Assembly: GCA_030526225.1 (NCBI GenBank)
Contig: JAUNDF010000031.1
Location: forward strand, 1-23,628
From: Clostridia bacterium
Lineage (GTDB): Bacteria; Bacillota; Clostridia; Christensenellales; Aristaeellaceae
Length of the DNA stretch: 23,628 bases
Direction: 5' to 3'
Shown here: positions 15,777-22,817 of the stretch, in pieces
How positions within the stretch are numbered: position 1 is the first letter of the stretch
How the letters are laid out: every line of letters begins with the position of its first letter
Translations under genes and position numbers: made by a program
The notes under the pieces: generated by a model
What the model saw: the letters and a program-made list of their open reading frames with translations, nothing else
Databases searched by the model: none
Told to the model about the DNA's origin: nothing

Positions 15777-17231
15777 TTACTTCAGCACATTGAGCCGCAG
15801 GATATCCGGGTCCTCGGGGCCGGTCATAGAGCAGCCCTTGTCCTTGGCAAACTCAATATAGTCCAGAATTTCACGGGTGATTCTCTCGCCGGGGGCCAGA
15901 ATCGGGATGCCCGGGGGATAGCACATCACAAACTCACTGCACACCTGACCCTCTGTTTCGCGAAGGGGCAGGGATACCTTCTCGGCATAGAAGGCTTCCT
16001 GCGGTGAGGTAACCACGATGGGGTCGATGTATTCCTGCTTCAGCAGGTCGGAGCTGTCCCGCTGATAGCGGCGGCGGATTTCGGCCAGTGCGCTGACGAG
16101 ACGCTCCAGCTCCTGCACACGGTCGCCCATGGACAGGTATGCCAGAATGTTGCCGATGTCGCCGAACTCAATCTGGATGTCGTATTCATCCCGCAGAATG
16201 TCATAGACCTCAATGCCCGCCAGACCGATGCTGCGGGTGTTGATGGAAAGCTTGGTGGGGTCGAAATCAAACACGGAGTTGCCGTTGCGCAGCTCCTTGC
16301 CGAAAGCGTAGTAGCCGCCGATGGCATTGACCTCTTCCCGGGCGTATTCCGCCATGTCTTCCACCCCGTGGAACACCTGACGGCCGCGCAGGGCCAGATT
16401 CCGGCGGGAGATGTCAAGGCTGGACATCAGCAGATAGCTGCCGGAGGTGGTCTGGGTCAGGTTGATAATCTGGCGCACATAGCCCGCATGGATGTTGGGG
16501 CCGCACAGCAGCAGGCTGGACTGGGTCAGGCTGCCGCCGCTTTTGTGCATGGATACGGAGGCCATATCAGCCCCGGCCTCCATGGCGGATACGGGCATGG
16601 AGGTGCCGAAGTAGAAGTGGGTGCCGTGGGCCTCGTCGGCAAGGCACAGCATACCGGCTTCGTGGGCCATGCGCACGATGGAGCGCAGGTCGGAGCAGAC
16701 ACCGTAGTAGGTGGGGTTGTTGACCAGCACGGCCACGGCGGAGGGATGCTCCCGGATGGCCTTGGCCAGACTCTCGCGGGTCATGCCCAGGGAAATGCCC
16801 AGCTTCTGGTCCACATCGGGATTGACGTAAACCGGCACCGCGCCGCACAGCACCAGCGCATTGATGACACTGCGGTGCACATTGCGGGGCAGGATGATTT
16901 CATCGCCGCGCTTGCAGGCAGTCAGCACCATGCTCTGCACAGAGCTGGTGGTGCCGCCCACCATCAGGAATGCATGAGCCGCGCCGAAGGCATCCGCCGC
17001 CAGCTCCTCAGCTTCCCGGATGACGGAAATGGGGTGGCAGAGGTTATCAAGGGGCTTCATGCTGTTTACGTCCAGGCTGACGCAGCGTTCGCCAAGGAAT
17101 GCGGTCAGCTCCGGATTGCCTCGTCCGCGCTTGTGACCGGGTACGTCAAAGGGAACGACCCGCATCTGCCGGAACCGCTGCAGCGCTTCGTAAATCGGAG
17201 CGCGGTTCTGGTCGAGTTTCATCTTCTTCAT
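15777..17231 (-). CDS. speA: Arginine (Orn/Lys/Arg family, PLP-dependent) decarboxylase
   Basis: 484 aa. Orn/Lys/Arg decarboxylase major-domain pattern with the PLP-lysine motif SMHKSGGSLTQSS. First gene of the polyamine operon, as with Bacillus-type SpeA. Confidence 0.8.
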   Translation of the reverse strand: MKKMKLDQNRAPIYEALQRFRQMRVVPFDVPGHKRGRGNPELTAFLGERCVSLDVNSMKPLDNLCHPISVIREAEELAADAFGAAHAFLMVGGTTSSVQSMVLTACKRGDEIILPRNVHRSVINALVLCGAVPVYVNPDVDQKLGISLGMTRESLAKAIREHPSAVAVLVNNPTYYGVCSDLRSIVRMAHEAGMLCLADEAHGTHFYFGTSMPVSAMEAGADMASVSMHKSGGSLTQSSLLLCGPNIHAGYVRQIINLTQTTSGSYLLMSSLDISRRNLALRGRQVFHGVEDMAEYAREEVNAIGGYYAFGKELRNGNSVFDFDPTKLSINTRSIGLAGIEVYDILRDEYDIQIEFGDIGNILAYLSMGDRVQELERLVSALAEIRRRYQRDSSDLLKQEYIDPIVVTSPQEAFYAEKVSLPLRETEGQVCSEFVMCYPPGIPILAPGERITREILDYIEFAKDKGCSMTGPEDPDILRLNVLK

Positions 17232-17649
17232 AGGCTCATCCTTCCATTACATCATCACGGGAATGAAAAAACGCAGGCCGTGCGTGTGCACAACCTGCGA
17301 TGAATTCCTGACAGAAAAAGAGCCTGTGTGGAAAAAGAAAATCGAATGAAAAATCTGTTCCGTAAGGCATGACTTCTGCTGGGGAACGGACGAGAGTCTA
17401 TATAGCAATCATACTTTTACTACTCTTATTGACCGTTTCGCAAGTGTGTGCTTTTAACACCGGCTCCATGGGGGGAGTCACTTGGGAAATTGAGCTTCTA
17501 ACTCAATCAATGAAGATACAGCGAAAGCTGCATGCGAGTTTATACCCCGCATCGGCTATTGACCCGGCTGTCCGTTCGGCCTTACTTCCCCAAAAGGGAA
17601 GGGTCATAAGTATTACGAGAAAAGGGGTTCCTTTCCTCTGTTAGTTGCC
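17232..17649 (-). promoter_or_regulatory. Long (~420 nt) structured 5' leader of the speA operon; class unassigned
   Basis: Lies between a consensus promoter and the speA ATG. No ORF of meaningful length on this strand. Several strong hairpins, e.g. GAGGAAAGG-AACC-CCTTTTCTC near the 5' end, and it ends in an intrinsic terminator. Confidence 0.5.
17265..17299 (-). terminator. Attenuator terminator about 35 nt upstream of the speA start codon
   Basis: The minus strand reads CGCAGG-TT-GTGC-ACAC-GCAC-GG-CCTGCG followed by TTTTTT. Confidence 0.65.
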
Positions 17650-17655
17650 GAGAAA

Positions 17656-17684
17656 ATTATATAAAATACCCATTGGAATGTCAA
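17656..17684 (-). promoter_or_regulatory. Consensus sigma-A promoter for the speA operon leader
   Basis: The minus strand reads TTGACA (17684-17679), exactly 17 nt, then TATAAT (17661-17656). Confidence 0.7.
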
Positions 17685-17831
17685 GCGTAAAAACGGAGAT
17701 TATCTGTTTTAACCTGCTGTGAGGCGATGGCCGATGAATGCTGTTGAACAATTCCCGATTCTGTGGTATGGTAACGGCAGATGCATTTGTGAAAACACAT
17801 ACCGGATGGAAATCCGTTTGGGGGTTGCCTT

Positions 17832-18608
17832 ATGGCCTACGATTATGACTCGTTCAAGGAAGATATCCTCTCCATGACGGATATCAACCTTGATTTCTAC
17901 AAGGAAAAACAGATGAAGCGGCGCATCAATACCAGAATGGAGCGGTATGGCTTCCATTCCTATCAGGCATATGCCCATGCGCTGGCAGCCGATGACCGGC
18001 AGTTGAAAAGCTTTGTGGATTACATCACCATCAATGTCACATAGTTTTTCCGCACGCCGGAGCACTGGCATGCGCTGGCCGACAGCGTTCTGCCGGAGCT
18101 GGTGAACCGCTTCGGCGAGGAGCTGACCGTCTGGAGCGCCGGCTGCTCCACCGGCGAGGAGCCTTATTCCCTTGCCATGCTGATGAGCAGCTTCATCGAC
18201 CCGAAGAAAATACACATCATGGCCACCGATTTGGATGAGCGTGTGCTGGACCATGCGCGGGAGGGGCGGTATTCGCCCGCAGCTGTCAGCAGAGTGCCGG
18301 TAATCTACCGGGACCGCTTTTTCCGAAAGGAGCGGGATGGCTATCAGGTGAAGGATGAAATCAGGCAGTGCGTGGAGTTCCGCAAGCTCAACCTGATATC
18401 TGACCCGTATCCGCAGTCCTGCCACCTGATTTTGTGCCGCAATGTCATGATTTACCTGACAGATGCGGCCAAAAACAGGATTTTAAGCGACTTCCAGACA
18501 AGCCTGCTGTCCGGCGGATGCCTGTTTCTGGGAAACGTGGAGCAGATTGTCTATTGCAAAACGCAGGGGTTTGTGAAGCTTCATCCCAGCATTTACCGCA
18601 AGGAATAA
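17832..18608 (+). CDS. cheR: CheR-type protein-glutamate O-methyltransferase with one in-frame TAG at 18042-18044
   Basis: ORFs 17832-18044 and 18102-18608 share a frame. The CheR motif spans the TAG: DYITINVT[TAG]FFRTPEHW...LTVWSAGCSTGEEPYSLAMLM...LILCRNVMIYL. TAA stop. Confidence 0.75.
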
Positions 18609-18624
18609 AAACACAGCAAAACAA

Positions 18625-18653
18625 TTGACATCATTCGCTAATGGGAATATAAT
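18625..18653 (+). promoter_or_regulatory. Consensus sigma-A promoter upstream of the riboswitch
   Basis: TTGACA (18625-18630), 17-nt spacer, TATAAT (18648-18653). Confidence 0.7.
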
Positions 18654-18667
18654 TAAATCAATATAGA

Positions 18668-18745
18668 ATATTTGGCAAAGTATCCGAAAGGATATGACGC
18701 AAAGCTACAGGGCCTGAATGATAGTATGGCAGCCAGTTGCGATTT
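18668..18745 (+). promoter_or_regulatory. c-di-GMP-I (GEMM-I) riboswitch aptamer
   Basis: TTTGGCAAAGTATCCGAAAGGATATGACGCAAAGCTACAGGGCC...GGCAGCCAGTTGCG contains the hallmark GGCAAA, a hairpin with a GAAA tetraloop, GACGCAAAGC and ACAGGGxC...GGCAGCC elements in the canonical order. Confidence 0.75.
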
Positions 18746-18755
18746 TTGTTGATGA

Positions 18756-18787
18756 CATTGCCAATTTCTGTATTGGCAATGTTTTTT
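18756..18787 (+). terminator. Riboswitch expression-platform terminator
   Basis: CATTGCCAAT (18756-18765) pairs with ATTGGCAATG (18772-18781), followed by TTTTTT. The 5' half is also complementary to TTGGCAA in the 5' side of the aptamer, which is a possible antiterminator. Confidence 0.7.
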
Positions 18788-18804
18788 GTTTTGGAGGCAA
18801 ACAC

Positions 18805-19023
18805 ATGACGGATGAATACATGACCATTGCAGAGGCAGCGGCGGCGTGGGGTGTATCCACCAGACGGATTCAGACATATTGTACCCAGGGGTGCATTGAA
18901 GGGGCAAACCGGTTCGGCAGAATCTGGGTGCTGCCCAAGAATGCCCAAAAGCCGGAGGATGCCAGAGTGACCACCGGCGCATACAGGAACTGGAGAAAAA
19001 GCAACAGGAGTGACGAAAAATGA
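18805..19023 (+). CDS. Small MerR/excisionase-type HTH (HTH_17-like) DNA-binding protein
   Basis: ATG at 18805 follows TGGAGG. MTIAEAAAAWGVSTRRIQTYCTQGCIEGANRFGRIWVLPKNA. The TGA overlaps the kinase ATG (ATGA). Confidence 0.6.
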   Translation: MTDEYMTIAEAAAAWGVSTRRIQTYCTQGCIEGANRFGRIWVLPKNAQKPEDARVTTGAYRNWRKSNRSDEK

Positions 19024-21872
19024 AGAAGAATGCGCAGATGAACAGATTGCACGCTCTCCGGCATGGTTTTTCTTTGCTGCTGTTGCTGCTGCTCGTTTTT
19101 GCCGCGTCCTTTGCCTTAGCAGAAGGGGAGCGCCGCGTTGTCCGGGTGGCATTCCCCGAGCAGCGGGGCATGAGCGAGATTGACAACACCGGCAAGCTGA
19201 TGGGCTACAACTACGATTATCTGGAAAAAATCTCCGAGTATACCGGCTGGCAGATGGAGTACATCACCTATCCCGCCACCGATGCCAACGATTCGGTAAT
19301 GAATGCCATGCAGGACCTGTCTGACGGCAAGGTGGACCTGCTGGGCCCGATGCTGAAAAACGATGCCACGCTGGAGATGTACGAGTATCCCCAGCACAAC
19401 TACGGCACGGTGTATACCATGCTGTGTGTGGATATGCGCTCCACCCTGCGCCGCAGTAATCTGGATATGGACAAGACCTACCGCATCGGCCTGTATGAAA
19501 AAGCAGCCCAACGCAACAGCGAGGTGCTGGCCTATCTGGAAAGCGACAACATCCCCTACGAGATTGTCTATTACCCCTCCGTCAAGGAGCAGCTGGAGGC
19601 ACTGCGCAGCGGGGAAGTGGATATGGTATCCGCGGTGTCCCTGTCTCCCTATGACAATACCCGCGTGTTTGCCACATTCGCGCCCCGTCCCTACTATTTT
19701 GTATCCACCAAGGGCAACAGCGGGCTGATTGCCGAGCTGGATGAAGCCATCGTGCAGGTATCCACGCGCCATGTGAACCTGCAGGACAGCCTGTTTGACC
19801 GCTATTTCGGCGAGCGGGTGGACTACTTCTCTGTCTCCGAAGCAGAGCAGGAAATTGTTGACGGTGTCAAGGCCATCCGGGTACTCTGCGTGGATATGGA
19901 TGCGCCATACGCGTTTATCGAAAACGGACAGCCCAAGGGCGCGCTGGTAACGGTCATCAACAATTTTGCCGGTGAACTGGGCATCCAGGTGGAATACACC
20001 CTTTGCGGCAGCCGGGCAGAGGCAGAGCCCATGCTTGCCGACGGTGCCTTTGATTTCGTGGTCGGCATGCCGTTCCCGTCCTCCTTCTGCGCGGAAAACG
20101 GATATGTCAGAAGCGACCCGGTGTTTACATCAGGCATTGCCTACATCAGAAACAATTATTCCGACCAGTATCAGGAGCAGACCATCGCCCTTGTCCGCGG
20201 GCTGGAGGGCGGCCTGACGACCTCGGCCTTCAAGAAGGTGGATACCTATGACACCATGCTGGAATGCGTTGAGGCTGTCCAGAGCGGCAAGGCTGATGTG
20301 GCGGCGGGCAACCAGTCCATGATGGAGTATTACCTCAACGATACCGGCAGCAGCCTGCTGACCTTCAGCGTGGTGGGCCGCACCAACGATGTGTGCATCG
20401 CCGCCTCCCGCAAAACCATGCTGCCGCTGCTTGGCGTTTTGAACAACTACGTCAACAGTCTTTCCGTATCCGAGAAGAACAATATCCTCAGCGCGGGCAA
20501 CAGCCACAGCCATGTGCGCGAGGTCATGGCATCGCTGCGCCGGCTGATTAACCGCCATCCCTGGGTGATTCTGGTGGCCGCAGCTCTGCTGGTGCTGATC
20601 ATCTCCCTCAAGGCGCGCCGCATCCATCGGGAAAAGCAGCGGCTGGAGGAGGTCAACCACGCTCTGGAGCAGGCCAAAGCCGCTTCCGAGGCTGCCCGGG
20701 TGGAGCTTGAAAAGGCCAGCGTGGCCAAGAGCAATTTCCTCTTTAATATGTCCCACGATATCCGCACACCCATGAACGCCATCATCGGCTACTCCGAGCT
20801 GATACGCCGGAAGCTGGATGACCCCGAACTGCTGGATTACGAGAAGAAGGTGGAAAACGCCAGCAACCTGCTGCTGTCCATCATCAACAACGTGCTTGAT
20901 ATGGCCCGCATCGAAAGCGGCAAGGTTGAACTGAACGAGGAAGTGGTCAACACCGGCGAAACCATGGATGAACTGCTGAGCGTTTTCGAGAAGATTGCCG
21001 AGAGCAAGGAAATCCGTCTGGAAAGCCAATGGGATGTGCAGCATAACTGCCTCATCTGCGATCAGACGAAAATCAAGGAGGTCTTCCTCAACCTCATCAG
21101 CAACGCCGTGAAGTATACGCAAAAGGGCGGTACCGTATCCATCCGGGCAAGGGAGCTGCCCTGCGACAGGGAAGGCTATGTCCGCATTGAATCCGTGGTG
21201 GAGGATACGGGCATCGGCATGAGCGAGGAATACCTGCCCCAGCTGTTTGATCCCTTTACAAGAGAACGGAACACCACCACCAGTCAGGTCTCAGGCACGG
21301 GCCTCGGCATGCCCATTGTCAAAAAGCTGGTGGAGCTGATGGGAGGCACCATTGAGGTGGAAAGCCAGCCGGGCAAGGGCACAAAATTCACCATGATTCT
21401 GGAGCACAAGCTGGCAGACGAGGATTGCGGCAAGCAGAAGAAAGCCATTTCCGACGATTGCAGAAAGGCGCTGCTTGCCGGCAAGCGCATCCTGCTGGCA
21501 GAGGATAACGACCTCAATGCCGAAATCGCCCAGCTGATGCTGACGGAAAACGGCTTCCTGGTGGAACGTGTCGCAGACGGCGCACAGTGTGTGGCAAAGG
21601 TGGAGCAGATGCCCGCCGGCAGCTACGATGTCATTTTGATGGATATCCAGATGCCCAACATGGATGGTTATCAGGCGGCAAGGGCCATCCGGGCTCTGGC
21701 AGACCCCGCAAAGGCTTCCATCCCGATGCTTGCCATGACGGCCAATGCCTTCGCCGAGGACAGAAAGAATGCCCTTGCGGCGGGGATGAACGGCCATCTG
21801 CCCAAGCCCATCGACATCAACAAAATTGAAGCAGCCATTTTGTCTGTGCTGACCGGTACGGGCAATTGCTGA
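19020..21872 (+). CDS. Hybrid sensor histidine kinase/response regulator with two periplasmic solute-binding (SBP family 3-like) domains
   Basis: 950 aa. Signal/TM segment, two SBP-like repeats, TM (VILVAAALLVLIISL), HisKA (FLFNMSHDIRTPMNAIIGY), HATPase_c (GTGLGMPIVKKLVELMGGTIEVES), and a C-terminal receiver (ILLAEDNDLN...ILMDIQMPNMDG...AMTA...KP). Confidence 0.9.
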   Translation: MKKNAQMNRLHALRHGFSLLLLLLLVFAASFALAEGERRVVRVAFPEQRGMSEIDNTGKLMGYNYDYLEKISEYTGWQMEYITYPATDANDSVMNAMQDLSDGKVDLLGPMLKNDATLEMYEYPQHNYGTVYTMLCVDMRSTLRRSNLDMDKTYRIGLYEKAAQRNSEVLAYLESDNIPYEIVYYPSVKEQLEALRSGEVDMVSAVSLSPYDNTRVFATFAPRPYYFVSTKGNSGLIAELDEAIVQVSTRHVNLQDSLFDRYFGERVDYFSVSEAEQEIVDGVKAIRVLCVDMDAPYAFIENGQPKGALVTVINNFAGELGIQVEYTLCGSRAEAEPMLADGAFDFVVGMPFPSSFCAENGYVRSDPVFTSGIAYIRNNYSDQYQEQTIALVRGLEGGLTTSAFKKVDTYDTMLECVEAVQSGKADVAAGNQSMMEYYLNDTGSSLLTFSVVGRTNDVCIAASRKTMLPLLGVLNNYVNSLSVSEKNNILSAGNSHSHVREVMASLRRLINRHPWVILVAAALLVLIISLKARRIHREKQRLEEVNHALEQAKAASEAARVELEKASVAKSNFLFNMSHDIRTPMNAIIGYSELIRRKLDDPELLDYEKKVENASNLLLSIINNVLDMARIESGKVELNEEVVNTGETMDELLSVFEKIAESKEIRLESQWDVQHNCLICDQTKIKEVFLNLISNAVKYTQKGGTVSIRARELPCDREGYVRIESVVEDTGIGMSEEYLPQLFDPFTRERNTTTSQVSGTGLGMPIVKKLVELMGGTIEVESQPGKGTKFTMILEHKLADEDCGKQKKAISDDCRKALLAGKRILLAEDNDLNAEIAQLMLTENGFLVERVADGAQCVAKVEQMPAGSYDVILMDIQMPNMDGYQAARAIRALADPAKASIPMLAMTANAFAEDRKNALAAGMNGHLPKPIDINKIEAAILSVLTGTGNC

Positions 21873-21891
21873 CAAAAAGCATGAAAAAAGT

Positions 21892-21934
21892 CGGAGCACC
21901 ACAAAAAAACTGTGCTGCTCCGGCTTTGCTTTTG
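21892..21934 (+). terminator. Intrinsic terminator after the hybrid kinase
   Basis: CGGAGCA-C-CAC (21892-21902) pairs with GTG-C-TGCTCCG (21912-21922), followed by GCTTTGCTTTTG. Confidence 0.55.
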
Positions 21935-22036
21935 TATGAAACAGGATTTTGCTTGATAAACCGCCGCGCTTGTGGTATATATTATCAGTGCCTCAATCGG
22001 GGCCGTTTTCATTTGGGTGAAAAGGCAGGGAACAAA

Positions 22037-22762
22037 ATGTCAAAAATCAGGAAAGTATACATGGCCCGGCTGATTGGCCGCATATTGGTGCTTCTTGCGG
22101 CCATTGCTGTTTTTCTGTGCAAGCCCCAGTGGCTTGATGTATTGCATGGCTGGCGCTTTTTCGAGTCGTTTTCGCCCCTGCATCTGCTGTGGTGCATTTG
22201 GCTGATTGACATGGTTTATCAGCTGATTCCGGTGAAAAAGAAGATTTGCCTCGGCTCACAGAAGCTGTTCCGGTTCCGCTTCAAGCCTGCATCGGGCAAG
22301 CTGAACAGGCAATCTTTGCAGCAGCACATCATCACCACCACCAAAGCGGCGTACAAGGTGTTCATTCTGTGGGGGCTGGTGATTGTTGGGCTGGGCATCC
22401 TGTTCCACCGCGGCATCTTAACGGCGGAAGCGCTGTTCCTTGTCAGCGTGGTATTCTATGTGTGCGACTTGATTTGCGTGCTCATCTGGTGCCCCTTCCG
22501 GCTGATTATGAAAAACCGGTGCTGCACCACCTGCCGCATCTTCAACTGGGATCACCTGATGATGTTTACCCCCATGCTGTATGTGGCCGGCTTCTATGCC
22601 TACTCCCTTCTGGCGGCGGCCATTGTGGTATGGCTGGTGTGGGAATTAAGCGTGATTCTCTACCCCGAGCGTTTTTGGGAGCAGAGCAATGAGGCGCTGA
22701 CCTGTGCCAACTGCACCGACAAGCTGTGCACCCAGTACTGCCAAAAGCTGCGCAAGGATTAA
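22037..22762 (+). CDS. Cys-rich integral membrane protein, function unknown
   Basis: 241 aa from the ATG at 22037. Several hydrophobic segments. Cys motifs CCTTCRIFNWD and CANCTDKLCTQYC. TAA stop. Confidence 0.6.
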   Translation: MSKIRKVYMARLIGRILVLLAAIAVFLCKPQWLDVLHGWRFFESFSPLHLLWCIWLIDMVYQLIPVKKKICLGSQKLFRFRFKPASGKLNRQSLQQHIITTTKAAYKVFILWGLVIVGLGILFHRGILTAEALFLVSVVFYVCDLICVLIWCPFRLIMKNRCCTTCRIFNWDHLMMFTPMLYVAGFYAYSLLAAAIVVWLVWELSVILYPERFWEQSNEALTCANCTDKLCTQYCQKLRKD

Positions 22763-22774
22763 CTGCAAACAAAA

Positions 22775-22817
22775 CGGCTGCGGAAGACGATGCTGTTCTT
22801 CCGCAGCCGATTTTTTT
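22775..22817. terminator. Bidirectional intrinsic terminator between convergent genes
   Basis: CGGCTGCGGAAGA pairs with TCTTCCGCAGCCG (13 bp), flanked by an A-rich tract on the 5' side and TTTTTTT on the 3' side. Confidence 0.8.

Noticed and set aside
10256-17303. Many long ORFs antisense to or overlapping the polyamine genes (e.g. 11737-12930, 12747-14042, 14049-14969, 14969-15793, 16368-17303, 10939-11538)
   Set aside because: They are typical high-GC shadow ORFs. Their translations are low-complexity (Gly/Ala/Arg/His-rich), and each is fully overlapped by a strongly conserved enzyme gene on the minus strand.
17489-17507. Hairpin ATTGAG-CTTCTAA-CTCAAT, containing CTA in a 7-nt loop, considered as an anticodon arm of an amber suppressor
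   Set aside because: With a 7-nt loop the anticodon positions read TCT, not CTA. No T-arm, D-arm or acceptor stem can be built around it. It lies inside the speA leader and is more simply one of that leader's hairpins.
17232-17649. Assignment of the speA leader to RNase P RNA (GAGGAAAG box), a lysine riboswitch (GGGGAAG..GCCGAA) or a c-di-AMP riboswitch (CCGAACGGACAGC)
   Set aside because: Only isolated short matches are present, in the wrong order or spacing, and the closing helices and other core elements are missing. Left as unassigned.
17709-21902. Minus-strand ORFs 17709-18425, 19116-19772, 20130-21122 and 21291-21902
   Set aside because: They are antisense to cheR and the hybrid kinase, which have clear domain signatures. 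Shadow ORFs.
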